Source of the DNA: an uncultured virus (IMG/VR IMGVR_UViG_3300017963_000263)
Lineage: Duplodnaviria; Heunggongvirae; Uroviricota; Caudoviricetes
Strand: one strand, 5' to 3'
DNA length: 64,000 bases
Virus record (IMG/VR): IMGVR_UViG_3300017963_000263
Positions 54,074 to 63,052 of this stretch are shown piece after piece (position 1 is the first letter of the stretch; the number at the start of each line of letters is the position of its first letter). The notes beneath the pieces were generated by a model that was given only the letters and a program-made list of their open reading frames with translations, was not told the DNA's origin and did not search any database. Made by a program: the position numbers and the translations under genes.

Positions 54074-54747
54074 CGGTTCACGGAAGTGCTTGCACTATTC
54101 GGCCAGTTTGGTACAATGAGGGCAGTCGGGAGCCTTCCCGGCGGAGTCACGTTCTTGGAATTGGGGTCTTGAGCCGTGGTTCTACCCACCACAGAACTCG
54201 GTATACAAAACGTGCGGTGTTCAACTCCACCGCAGAGTCGCCGTAGCCTAAAGGCTGTTCCCCCGCCTAAACGCGGTTCTTTCCCGGGCAACGGGCACAG
54301 GTTGTGTGTGTCACCCCCGACGCCCCGGTCCACTTGGCCCAGTAATGGAACGGCTGTCACTACGGCGCAGCGGCTCGCCACCGCTGCCACGGCTTCTCGA
54401 AACGCAGTCGCGCTGACAGAGCAGCGGCGCGTCTGAACTCCAAGGGCTACCGGATAGCGCTCTATATGCCAACCCGCTGGGGTTGGGCCGAGGGATGGGG
54501 GTGTGGACTGAGAAGGAAGGTGGTGCCCCCCGAACACCCACAGCCCGAACAGAAACCCCAGCCCCACCCCACATAGCACCAGCCCGACAATGCACAAGGT
54601 CTCCGCCCGCGTCCACGGTGTCTCTCGGTTCTCCATCGCGTCAAGCCAGTCCTCGGCCCGCCACTTCTCTCTGAACCACACTGCCGGCTCGCCGTCGCAG
54701 TCAATACGCCAGAGGCCGCCTTCGCGGTCGATCGTGTATTTGCTCAT
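54070..54747 (-). CDS. Membrane protein (MSKYTID...); only the first ~75 aa look protein-like
   Basis: Same layout as 51838-52110; the frame stays open across the structured region. Confidence 0.4.
   Translation of the reverse strand: MSKYTIDREGGLWRIDCDGEPAVWFREKWRAEDWLDAMENRETPWTRAETLCIVGLVLCGVGLGFLFGLWVFGGHHLPSQSTPPSLGPTPAGWHIERYPVALGVQTRRCSVSATAFREAVAAVASRCAVVTAVPLLGQVDRGVGGDTHNLCPLPGKEPRLGGGTAFRLRRLCGGVEHRTFCIPSSVVGRTTAQDPNSKNVTPPGRLPTALIVPNWPNSASTSVNR
54090..54117 (+). promoter_or_regulatory. Promoter TTGCAC-16-TACAAT, antisense to the operon
   Basis: Followed by GAGGGC, as is the promoter at 528-555. Confidence 0.55.
54123..54510 (+). ncRNA. Candidate ~390-nt structured RNA
   Basis: Nested long-range helices and many hairpins (see findings). 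Confidence 0.5.
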
Positions 54748-54953
54748 GGGTACGTCACTCCGCATCGCTCGAACACCGCCCCGAATCGCTCCCTCACCAA
54801 GGCGTCGTACCAGCCGGTCAGCCAGCCGGTGCGCTGATTGTCGCCGATCGGATATGGGCACTCGTGTTGTGTCTGCCCGTCTGCGTGGGCCTGTTGCCCC
54901 TCCTGGCATTGAGGGGTGTCGCGGGGCACGTCAATAATTTCAGGTTCGCTCAT
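54744..54953 (-). CDS. Rmf/CrpP-like small protein
   Basis: G..A..DG....CPY......R..W..GW. Confidence 0.6.
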   Translation of the reverse strand: MSEPEIIDVPRDTPQCQEGQQAHADGQTQHECPYPIGDNQRTGWLTGWYDALVRERFGAVFERCGVTYP

Positions 54954-55438
54954 CGGTTCGGCTCCTTTGTTCGTAGCACGTCCGGCGCGCCGTCGCCGGA
55001 CTGCACCCACTTCCGCAGCTCGTCCAACGCCCATTCACGCTCGGAGTGATCGATCGCCAAAAATTCATCCCAACACCAATCACGACTGATTAACACGAGC
55101 CCGGCGAGGGACCGCTTGGCGACGACGTTGCCAGCGGCGCGGCGGAGGATCTCAGCGATTAGGTCGTGAGATTGCCAGTTTAGTCGTGCTCCTTCGAGCG
55201 AGGCTCCGTTGAGCAAGGCTCTGTTGAGCCAGGCTCTGTTGAGCCAGGCTCCTTCGAGCGAGACTCCGTTGAGCGAGGCTCCGTTGAGCAAGGCTCTGTT
55301 GAGCAAGGCTCCTTCGAGCGAGGCTCCGTCGAGCGAGGCTCCGTCGTTGACGGCCTGCCGCAACGCCTCGGCTAACGAGTCGGCCTCGCACTCGTACAGC
55401 GTTCGGCCGCCGAATCGGTTTTTGATCGTCTGTTTCAT
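54950..55438 (-). CDS. Pentapeptide-repeat protein
   Basis: (GASL[DEN])/(RALLN) repeats; 15-bp DNA repeats ~55186-55345. Confidence 0.9.
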   Translation of the reverse strand: MKQTIKNRFGGRTLYECEADSLAEALRQAVNDGASLDGASLEGALLNRALLNGASLNGVSLEGAWLNRAWLNRALLNGASLEGARLNWQSHDLIAEILRRAAGNVVAKRSLAGLVLISRDWCWDEFLAIDHSEREWALDELRKWVQSGDGAPDVLRTKEPNR

Positions 55439-55454
55439 TTTCTCCTCCGCGTCG

Positions 55455-55886
55455 TCAGTCCGTCACCAATCCCCGCCAATTCTCCGGCGGCTCCCATTCC
55501 CAAATTCCCTGCTGCCCCCTCGCCGGGATCGGCTCCCTGAACCGCCGCACGTTGTCCAGGATGAGCCCATACAGCCCGTCGGCCGGGCACAGTGCGGCCT
55601 TCGCATCGGCGTCTGTGAGGCGTCTATGGGCTATGACATCCGCGAGGCAGACGATCACGCCCGAATAGGCGATCGCGTGGTCGAGCGCCTCATTCATTCG
55701 CGCAGAAGGCACCTGGAATTGCCGCTCGATGTAACTGAAGGGAACGAACACACGCTTTTGTCCCCCATGAATCGCCACCGTCTCGCCCACCAGCCCACGG
55801 AAGCGGTCATGCCGCCGCGTCTCGATCGACTTGAGGCCGAATGCCACGAAGGATGACCACGGCCGGTGGAGGGTAATAGATTTCAT
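55455..55886 (-). CDS. ASCH-domain protein
   Basis: SITLHRPW...GLKSIETR...AIHG...RGQQGIW. Confidence 0.85.
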   Translation of the reverse strand: MKSITLHRPWSSFVAFGLKSIETRRHDRFRGLVGETVAIHGGQKRVFVPFSYIERQFQVPSARMNEALDHAIAYSGVIVCLADVIAHRRLTDADAKAALCPADGLYGLILDNVRRFREPIPARGQQGIWEWEPPENWRGLVTD

Positions 55887-56257
55887 TACTTCTCCTCCTG
55901 CGCCGCTTCCACGGCTTCTCGGGTGCTCGCAACACGGAACACTGGGAGCCACACACGCACACCGTTGTGCGTTTCGCAGAGCACGTCACGGTAGCCGACA
56001 GCCGCAACCACCAGTTTGCACGCGGACACGAGCTGCATTACCGCCTCTCCGCTCGTGCAGCGTGTGGCCGGGAAATTGAACACCTCACTACCAGGCAACA
56101 ATGGCCCGTCCTGCACCAACTCCCCGGCAGCGTTCAACCGCCAGCACTTGGGCAGCTTAGCCTTGAGGGCTTCGAGTTCGCACATTGGGCATGGTGATTG
56201 CATCGCCGGGTCGGAGACATCCAACCACTTTGTTCCGCACCTATCGCATTTGACCAC
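55886..56257 (-). CDS. Hypothetical protein
   Basis: CDRC...CPMC; coupled. Confidence 0.55.
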   Translation of the reverse strand: MVKCDRCGTKWLDVSDPAMQSPCPMCELEALKAKLPKCWRLNAAGELVQDGPLLPGSEVFNFPATRCTSGEAVMQLVSACKLVVAAVGYRDVLCETHNGVRVWLPVFRVASTREAVEAAQEEK

Positions 56258-56588
56258 CTCGCTCCTCCTTCGCTGCTTCAGCGGCTGTCAGCGCCCCATC
56301 AATTTCTGCCACGATCCCGCCCTCTGAGTTCGCGGCATACTTGAGCCAGTCGCGGATACGGGAGAGTTTTTCACGCAGCCGCTCCACCTCGTCCTGCACT
56401 ATGCCGGGAGCAACCACCTCGGTGGCCTGCTGGATATCATCGAGCTCGGCACGCAGCCGCTCCACCTCATCCTGCAACCGCCGAAATTCCGCGTGAGCAC
56501 ACTGCCGGCAGATCCAGCCGTCGATGTCCAAACCGATCATCGGCTTGGTTTGCTCACTCCACCTATCGCACTTCTTGCATCGGACCAT
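56241..56588 (-). CDS. Zn-finger plus coiled-coil protein
   Basis: CKKC, CRQC, QDEVERLR x2. Confidence 0.55.
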   Translation of the reverse strand: MVRCKKCDRWSEQTKPMIGLDIDGWICRQCAHAEFRRLQDEVERLRAELDDIQQATEVVAPGIVQDEVERLREKLSRIRDWLKYAANSEGGIVAEIDGALTAAEAAKEERGGQMR

Positions 56589-56589
56589 C

Positions 56590-57033
56590 TCACTCCTCCT
56601 TTCCCTTGATCGCCGCCGCGATCGCTCGACTGGTGGCGAGGGCTTCGGCTTTGGCTCGGATCTCCTCGTCTGTGTCGCCAGTGACTTCGCGGAACATACA
56701 TTCCCCGCTGTAGCCGCCGCGAATAACACACTGGATGCCTACCAGGCGCTCGCCTTCGGCCAGGGTATCCAGTAACCATTCGCCCGCCTTCCGTCTCGCC
56801 TCGCCAGCGTGAGCGGCAGTGGTGGAGGGGGACCAGTACCGCACACTGATCCAATCGCGTGTTCCCTCGCCTCTTTTCCACGCACCGCATCTTGGATATT
56901 CACGCTTAGGGCCACCACCTATCTGAATCTCATAAGGCGGCAACCATTCCCACCCCATCCACTCCGTCGCTATCCACGCATCCAGTTCCGGGCTAGCTTG
57001 CAATTCGGTGGGGTCGATGTCTTGTGGGTTCAT
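56590..57033 (-). CDS. Phage ABA-sandwich-like hypothetical protein
   Basis: ELDAWIA...MGW...YWSPST..A.A. Confidence 0.5.
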   Translation of the reverse strand: MNPQDIDPTELQASPELDAWIATEWMGWEWLPPYEIQIGGGPKREYPRCGAWKRGEGTRDWISVRYWSPSTTAAHAGEARRKAGEWLLDTLAEGERLVGIQCVIRGGYSGECMFREVTGDTDEEIRAKAEALATSRAIAAAIKGKEE

Positions 57034-57201
57034 GGCCTGGGTCCTGTTCAAAAGCACTCTTCACAGACTGGCTCGTCGGCTTCGTCTTCCGGCTGTGCCG
57101 CCTGACACTCCAGGCAGACGAATCGCCCACACCGGCAGCAGCCGACGAAATCCTCGGTTTCCTTGCCGCATCGTTCGCACTTCATCATGCCAACCTCCCG
57201 A

Positions 57202-57387
57202 CTATTCCTCTATGGGGACGCATTTGACTCTCTTCCCATTGCTGGACGGACACACACCTCCTGTGCAGTTGGGGCCTTGCGGATGTGGCTTCCAGTGTTG
57301 GTGCCAGCATTCCCGGTCACATGCCCCTGCGTGGTCGCAGACATAGAGTTGCTCGGGTTCGGCGGGGTCGACGTCTTGTGGGTCCAT
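57202..57387 (-). CDS. Small Cys/His-rich protein
   Basis: GGAGG RBS. Confidence 0.55.
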   Translation of the reverse strand: MDPQDVDPAEPEQLYVCDHAGACDRECWHQHWKPHPQGPNCTGGVCPSSNGKRVKCVPIEE

Positions 57388-57390
57388 TAT

Positions 57391-58071
57391 TCAACCTCCC
57401 TTGATTCGCAAGAACCACGCCCACGGATTGGCTTCCCATTTCTGTCTGGGCGTTTTGGCGAGGCGGGTGTCCCAGAACGCCGCGAAGCGTTCCCGGAATT
57501 GCTGGTCGCCGGAATCACACACGGCTGTTGGCCCGGCACCAAAGCCGTCCTCTTCGCCGTCACGAATGCCCACCCGCTCGATGTCGTCGATCGTGATACT
57601 CTGCACCTGCCGTACTTCGACGGAGGTGAGGAGACGGCGGATGCGGGAGGCCCGCTTGGGCATGTTGGAAGGGGGACGCCACTTCTTGGCACTCGTCTTG
57701 ATGGTGGTTCCAGGCTTTAGGCGTGACTCAACTTCCAAGTGCCCTTGCGGGTTGTCGGCCCGGTACACCACCGAATGTGTTTCCGCCTGCATCTTCTTAC
57801 TGCCACACCCACACCAATAGCCGTCCCACAACGGGCAATAGTCTTGCCACGGCTCCCGCCCCCACAGCACCGTGCCTGGGGAGCCGTAGGGACATGGCCA
57901 ATCGTGCGTCTCGGCCGGAAAGTCTCGACAAAACCCGCGGCAGTCCGACATGCCCATCTCTCGCGTGTCGGGTGGCGGCTGCTTCTTCAACGGCCTCACC
58001 ACCAGCGTCAACCGGCCGTCAAGAGCGGCGAGGACTTCGGCGGGCGTGAGAATTATTGGGCGGGTTTTCAT
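57391..58071 (-). CDS. Phage ASCH/PUA-like protein
   Basis: PII....V.A.LDGR...CPYG.PG..LW.RE.W...WRP...MP..ASR...W..NPW. Confidence 0.8.
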   Translation of the reverse strand: MKTRPIILTPAEVLAALDGRLTLVVRPLKKQPPPDTREMGMSDCRGFCRDFPAETHDWPCPYGSPGTVLWGREPWQDYCPLWDGYWCGCGSKKMQAETHSVVYRADNPQGHLEVESRLKPGTTIKTSAKKWRPPSNMPKRASRIRRLLTSVEVRQVQSITIDDIERVGIRDGEEDGFGAGPTAVCDSGDQQFRERFAAFWDTRLAKTPRQKWEANPWAWFLRIKGG

Positions 58072-58097
58072 TTGCTCGGCTCCTTTCGCCGTTGTGC

Positions 58098-58433
58098 TTA
58101 GTCGCAAGCCTTCAGCAGCTCCGCGATTCGCGTCTCCCGGCTCCGCTTCTCCGACCCGTACGCAAACGCCGCCATCGACTCCCAGAGCGTTTGGTTTCCG
58201 AAGCCGGTCAGCCCGAAACTCGATAGCTCCTGGTCGTTTTCCTCGAACGACACCGAATACACCACGAGCACGTCCCGAATGCGGTGCTTGACTCGCAACT
58301 CGGCCAAATCGTCGTAAAACGCTTTCGCCGCCGCCTCGGCATCGGCTCGCGTGGAATGCGGCTCGGACGCCTGCCGGTATCGTTTCAGGTCGGGCTCGAA
58401 TCCGCCGGGAAGCGATTGTTGTTGGTCGGCCAT
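58098..58433 (-). CDS. Hypothetical protein
   Basis: GGAGG RBS. Confidence 0.6.
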   Translation of the reverse strand: MADQQQSLPGGFEPDLKRYRQASEPHSTRADAEAAAKAFYDDLAELRVKHRIRDVLVVYSVSFEENDQELSSFGLTGFGNQTLWESMAAFAYGSEKRSRETRIAELLKACD

Positions 58434-58455
58434 TACTCAACCTCCTGTCCTGTTT

Positions 58456-58977
58456 CTATGTGTCGGTCAATATCTCGATTTCCAGCCGCGCCACCCAGTC
58501 CCACCGTTTTCGGAGCGTCCCGTCTCCAATCCGCTCGTCGCGCCTGAATAGGCAATCGAGCACGGCCTTGTCGACGTTGTCCCTGTCCGGTTTGCTCCGG
58601 TGTATCGTCCCCATCACTGCCACCCGCCGCTTCTTGGGCCACGACTTGGGCGGCTCAAAGTACGCTGTCCAGTTCACTTCGGCGACTTGCTCCTCAGCCG
58701 GGAGCGAATCGCCGACAGCCTCTCGCACGCGGTCGCACCAGTCGCGGTACCGCATCACGCACGGCCGTTTTTTCCACTTGTCGCGTTGGGTCATTCTGGG
58801 CTTACCGGGCGCAGGGCCGGGAACTACGATCCGCATGGTGCCATTGGGACGCGCCTCGACCGTGACCATCTCCGCGCGGCTCTTGTCGGCCTCGGACAAG
58901 AGCCTGCCGTTGACCGCCGCCGTAGCAATTAGGGCTTCGGGTATGCCCATGCGTCGTAGTTCGTCGGCCGTGTTCAT
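58456..58977 (-). CDS. rusA: RusA-like Holliday junction resolvase
   Basis: KPRMTQRDKW...PKSW...HRSKPDRDNVDKAVLD. Confidence 0.85.
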   Translation of the reverse strand: MNTADELRRMGIPEALIATAAVNGRLLSEADKSRAEMVTVEARPNGTMRIVVPGPAPGKPRMTQRDKWKKRPCVMRYRDWCDRVREAVGDSLPAEEQVAEVNWTAYFEPPKSWPKKRRVAVMGTIHRSKPDRDNVDKAVLDCLFRRDERIGDGTLRKRWDWVARLEIEILTDT

Positions 58978-59393
58978 TCGCTCGTCTCCTCCAGCCTTGC
59001 CCTACACTCTTCCACCGTCGCCCCCTCTTCCAGCCACCCCAATACTTCGTCCACCTCGGCCTCGGTTACAGCGTCGGGGGCGCGCCGTCGTAGTCTATTG
59101 ACTGCCTCTCGGTCGTAGTGCTCCGGGTCGGCGCGTTTCTTCAAGGCGAGTTGCACGGCGATTGGCATGCCTGACATCTCCTCGTGACACCCGCCGTTCA
59201 ATCCTTGGCAGAGCTGAAGCCACGCGGCGGGGTGCTTCAGCGCCCGTTGCCGGTGAACGCCTCTTGGTATTTCGTGGCACTCGAAGCGCCATGGGCCTAT
59301 GTCCTTGTCGTAACTGTTGCCGGTGAAACTGCTCCTGCCGCAAGCGAAACAGAACAAGTAAGTCCGGGCCCATTCCTTGCGGGTGATGGTCAT
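58974..59393 (-). CDS. HNH-like zinc-binding protein
   Basis: CFAC...CHEI.RG...LC....CH. Confidence 0.55.
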   Translation of the reverse strand: MTITRKEWARTYLFCFACGRSSFTGNSYDKDIGPWRFECHEIPRGVHRQRALKHPAAWLQLCQGLNGGCHEEMSGMPIAVQLALKKRADPEHYDREAVNRLRRRAPDAVTEAEVDEVLGWLEEGATVEECRARLEETSE

Positions 59394-59561
59394 TAGTCGT
59401 CGTTGATTAGTTTGACGCCCCAAAACAGCGCTATGCCGCCACAAAATACGAATGATGCAATGTTGCCTGGTGCAGGAAAGAACGGAATATTGATGCAAGC
59501 ACATCCCAGAGGGATAAGAACTCCCAGCACATACGGTCCAGTTTTCATCACGTTTCTCCTT

Positions 59562-60170
59562 TCACGTCGGGGTAATGATTCGTCGATCAGGCCCGTCCAG
59601 AAAATGTTGCGTACCCGCCCCTAGCCGGCTCGCAATCCGCTTGTCGTACAATTTCTCCAGCGTCCCGAGCGTATGGTTGCTGATGTAGATCGCTGGCCGG
59701 TTGTCTCGCCAGTCAAGGAAGTGCTTCACCGCGTCGTATTCCCAACGGCCTCGGGCGTCGGCGTGAGTGTCCCGGGTGCCCAACTCGTCCAGAATCGCAA
59801 CACTCGGCATTCCCGGTCGGCCCCATGAGCGAGTCCACGGCGGCTCTTTTTCAGAATCAGCCATCAGGTCCAAGACGTTGCTGACCGTCCAGTAGCGGGC
59901 GAATTCCGCCAAGTCGCACACCACCAGCGCCGCCCGCGTTTTGCCGACGCCGACGGGGCCGTGAAGAAAAAGCGGCCACGCAGACTTGCCCGCAGTCAGT
60001 TCCCGCAGGACGACACGGAGGCCGTCATCGACGCCGGCGAGGTGTCGTTCCACATCGGGACGGACGCGGAACTTGTCCACTTTTCGCGGCGGCACTCGCT
60101 CGAAGCAGCCGGGCCGGTCAGTGTACTCGGCCATCTGGGCGGTTAGGTTGCTGATTGGTTCGAGGGGCAT
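59562..60170 (-). CDS. DnaC/IstB-like AAA+ helicase loader
   Basis: GPVGVGKT, ILDELG, ISN, RIASRL. Confidence 0.85.
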   Translation of the reverse strand: MPLEPISNLTAQMAEYTDRPGCFERVPPRKVDKFRVRPDVERHLAGVDDGLRVVLRELTAGKSAWPLFLHGPVGVGKTRAALVVCDLAEFARYWTVSNVLDLMADSEKEPPWTRSWGRPGMPSVAILDELGTRDTHADARGRWEYDAVKHFLDWRDNRPAIYISNHTLGTLEKLYDKRIASRLGAGTQHFLDGPDRRIITPT

Positions 60171-60759
60171 TGTTCTTTTCCCATGTGCGGACAGCGGCCC
60201 GCCAGTCTTTCATCGAAACACCGCCCTTGAGCTTCCAGCCCCGTGTGGCGTAGTAGTCGACGAATGCCTGGGGGTCGATCCCGTTCCGGCGCTCAGTGCA
60301 ATAGACACGGACGTCCGCCACGCTGGGCGGTTGAAACCTATATGTATTCTTCTTCTCTTCTCTTCTCTTCTCTTCTCTAGGTAACGCTTTAGTAACGGTC
60401 GCAGCGTTACCCTTTTTCGCCTTACATCGAGCCACTCGCCGCGACGTAAGTGCCCGCGTTTTAGCACTTTCGGAAATATGCCTCTCAAAGTTCGGGATGC
60501 TGATTCCGGCGTTCCCAATGTCCAACCACCCCGCTTCTTGCATTGCGGCGGCAAACCCGGTAACGCCGAGGTAACGGTCGAGAAACGTTTTGGTAACGCC
60601 GGGTGCGTTACCATCTTTCGTCTGCTGGTCGCCCCAAATCCAAAACCGGAGGAGCTTACCCACCACCTCGTCCTCAGACAAATCAAGGGCCGCAGCGATG
60701 GCGATCACCGCTGGGTCGGTGGGCAGGTCATGTCTAACTTTCAGCCAGTCCCCGGCCAT
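60118..60759 (-). CDS. Replication initiator protein
   Basis: MAGDWLK...P.V...GKL.RFW.W.D; REEKRREE linker; F.DYY...GW...MKDWRAAVRTW. Confidence 0.8.
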   Translation of the reverse strand: MAGDWLKVRHDLPTDPAVIAIAAALDLSEDEVVGKLLRFWIWGDQQTKDGNAPGVTKTFLDRYLGVTGFAAAMQEAGWLDIGNAGISIPNFERHISESAKTRALTSRRVARCKAKKGNAATVTKALPREEKRREEKKNTYRFQPPSVADVRVYCTERRNGIDPQAFVDYYATRGWKLKGGVSMKDWRAAVRTWEKNNAPRTNQQPNRPDGRVH

Positions 60760-60762
60760 CCC

Positions 60763-61293
60763 TCACTCCGTCATTTTTTCTTTAGCCGCCCTCAGCCGGA
60801 CGGCGTATTCGATCCGCATGTCCACCAGTTCCTCACGGCTGAACTGCCGTGTGGTAGTCTTGAGTTGCTCCAGCCGCTCCACCGTCTCCTCCCCCCTCGC
60901 AAGCAACATCCACTCGCGGAACCGTTGCGGCGCACCACTCTCGTAGCGGTTGCACCGCGAACACTGGGGGGCCACGTTCTCTTCCTCGAACAGAATCGCG
61001 TTCCGCCGAGATGCCAAAAAATGCCCGGTGTGAAATCCGCCCAAGCCGCCGCTCCACGGCCCCACCTTCCCGTAGGTGACACAGACGCATTCCCCTTTGT
61101 TGCGAGCAACCAGGGTCGGCTCCCCCTGTTTGATGCACCATTCAGAACGCGCTGGCTGGGCCGCGGCCTCTGCGCGGATCATTTGCTGAAACACCGGAGC
61201 CACGTACCTGCGGATATACGTCCCAGTGGAATACTGGCGAGCGGTATCGAGCATCCGTTGACGTTTGCGTTCGGCTTTCTCTTCGGGCATCAT
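60763..61293 (-). CDS. ninG: NinG/Rap-like recombination endonuclease
   Basis: FQQMIR...CVT.G...GHF..R....F.EENV..QC..CN. Confidence 0.75.
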   Translation of the reverse strand: MMPEEKAERKRQRMLDTARQYSTGTYIRRYVAPVFQQMIRAEAAAQPARSEWCIKQGEPTLVARNKGECVCVTYGKVGPWSGGLGGFHTGHFLASRRNAILFEEENVAPQCSRCNRYESGAPQRFREWMLLARGEETVERLEQLKTTTRQFSREELVDMRIEYAVRLRAAKEKMTE

Positions 61294-61354
61294 TCGTCTC
61301 CCCAATGCGACTTGCCGCCTCACTCCATCTTCCCCAGGCAGTCGGCGGCGGTGC

Positions 61355-61981
61355 TCAGAACGGGATATTATCCTTCCCTTCATTCGCCGCTTCCTGCATT
61401 GCCGCATTAACAGGATCTTCCCTGGGCGCGTCCTTCTCGACCGCCGGCGGCTTCGGCGGCTTGCCTTTAGGGGTGGCAGCGTTCCGCTTCGCATTGCCTG
61501 CCAGGGCCCGCAGGGCCGCCCCGTGTTGCGTCTTGAGAGCGGCCACGGCTTCCGGGCTCATTTCCCGTTTTCCGCCAGGGGTGGCATCGTAGGCGTTCAC
61601 GAAGGCAATCGGAAACTGGTTGTACTGGGCTCGCTCTGGATTCGTCTCTTCGTTGATAACCACTTGGCACGGCGTCGGCTGCCACGTCCGGCCCGTGAAC
61701 GAATCAAAATCACCGTCCCATCCGGCATGGTCGATGAGATTTTGAACGGTGGATTCGTTCAGGCTGCCATCTTTCTTCACGAGCCATTGCAGCCCATCGG
61801 CCTGCATTTCATATTCGGCCCACGGCACCCACTCGCCGTCCTGTCCAGCATCGGCGTCCCACATCTCGGTGAGTTGCACCGTGATGGACAACGGAATAGC
61901 TCCGCTCTTGAAAGGGGCCATCAGGCAGTAGTCGGTAATCTGGGCACGGAACGTGCCCTCTCGATCGAGTTGTTGAGGCAT
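61355..61981 (-). CDS. Phage ssDNA-binding-like protein (DUF669-like)
   Basis: Position after the AAA ATPase; C-terminal DNIPF. Confidence 0.6.
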   Translation of the reverse strand: MPQQLDREGTFRAQITDYCLMAPFKSGAIPLSITVQLTEMWDADAGQDGEWVPWAEYEMQADGLQWLVKKDGSLNESTVQNLIDHAGWDGDFDSFTGRTWQPTPCQVVINEETNPERAQYNQFPIAFVNAYDATPGGKREMSPEAVAALKTQHGAALRALAGNAKRNAATPKGKPPKPPAVEKDAPREDPVNAAMQEAANEGKDNIPF

Positions 61982-61983
61982 TC

Positions 61984-62193
61984 TTAATTCTCCTCATCGT
62001 GAAAGTCTGTGCCCCGAGGCATTGGGGCGTTATCGTCACAACAACAGTTTTCCAACCACTCGTCACACTCAGGGCAAACGTCGTCTTCCATGCCCCATTC
62101 TTCACACTCGCAGTCTGCAAACATTTCTCCACATCCGTCGCAGATGTCCGTTAGGTCGTATTGGTCTGCACCATCGCCCATGTCATTCCTCAA
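61984..62193 (-). CDS. Acidic Cys-rich small protein
   Basis: CDGC...CEC, CPEC...CCC. Confidence 0.5.
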   Translation of the reverse strand: MRNDMGDGADQYDLTDICDGCGEMFADCECEEWGMEDDVCPECDEWLENCCCDDNAPMPRGTDFHDEEN

Positions 62194-63052
62194 TACCTAA
62201 CAATTGTCGCCAAAGCGTAGCATCGCCCTGGAGATAAGGAATGGGGTCAAACGGCGTCCTGGACTTGGCCAGATAACCCGGCAATTCCTTGGAGTAAATG
62301 GTCCGTGTACCAACGCCTTTGCCCTTGCCCGCTTTGTCCTTCTCGCCCTTGCTGACACTGGTGTCGTAGCCGACGTAGAGAAGATGGGTGGCCCATTCCC
62401 GAACCTTGAGGCGAATAGATGCTTTGCCTTTGCCGGAATGTTGAAGCCGTGGCGCAATTTGAATCCAGTCGTCTCCCATCGCGTTGGATACTACATCAGT
62501 GCAATCATGGGCCGTGCAAATGATGTGCTTGCCGGTCCGAAACACCTTGTCAAGGTCCTGCAACAACTTCAGGAACGTGCCGTAAATGTGAGTGAAGCCT
62601 TTGCCCCAGCCGTAATCTTCGATGTTTTCGACCGTGCGTGGCTTGTCGACAGAATACTTGATATTGGCCAGGACCCACGCCGAAGCCATCTCTTCTGCCT
62701 TGGTGAAGCTGTCAATTACTACTGCTCCAAAAGGCTCCAGTAATGCGGTATCCAGCAAAACTGCCCGCAGGTCATTCCATGAGTCGATTTCTATACGAGC
62801 CACATCGAGATGCCCTGTCTCGTTGTCAAGGTCGATGAATAACGGGGTAATGCCCACCTCCGACAACAACGAGCACAACTCCGACTTCCCGACGCCACCG
62901 GGGCCATAAATCACCGTCTTATGATGGGTGAGTGTTCGGCCGGTTTGGATTTTGAAATCCTTGGCCGCTGGCGTACTGTTGGCCGGTGGGGGCGTGCCCT
63001 TAGCCGGCGGCGGTTTCTTCGGTTTGCTCGGTGGCGGTGCGGTTGCCATCAT
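62183..63052 (-). CDS. AAA_24/Sak4-like ATPase
   Basis: IYGPGGVGKS, VVIDS, GWGKGF, TAH. Confidence 0.85.
   Translation of the reverse strand: MMATAPPPSKPKKPPPAKGTPPPANSTPAAKDFKIQTGRTLTHHKTVIYGPGGVGKSELCSLLSEVGITPLFIDLDNETGHLDVARIEIDSWNDLRAVLLDTALLEPFGAVVIDSFTKAEEMASAWVLANIKYSVDKPRTVENIEDYGWGKGFTHIYGTFLKLLQDLDKVFRTGKHIICTAHDCTDVVSNAMGDDWIQIAPRLQHSGKGKASIRLKVREWATHLLYVGYDTSVSKGEKDKAGKGKGVGTRTIYSKELPGYLAKSRTPFDPIPYLQGDATLWRQLLGIEE

Noticed and set aside
54190..54210. RNase P RNA or tmRNA (ACAGAACTCGGTATA resembles the RNase P 3' motif)
   Set aside because: No GAGGAAAGTCC partner, wrong position within the element, and no tmRNA-type ends.
55186..55345. 15-bp tandem repeats as a regulatory array
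   Set aside because: Fully explained by pentapeptide-repeat coding.
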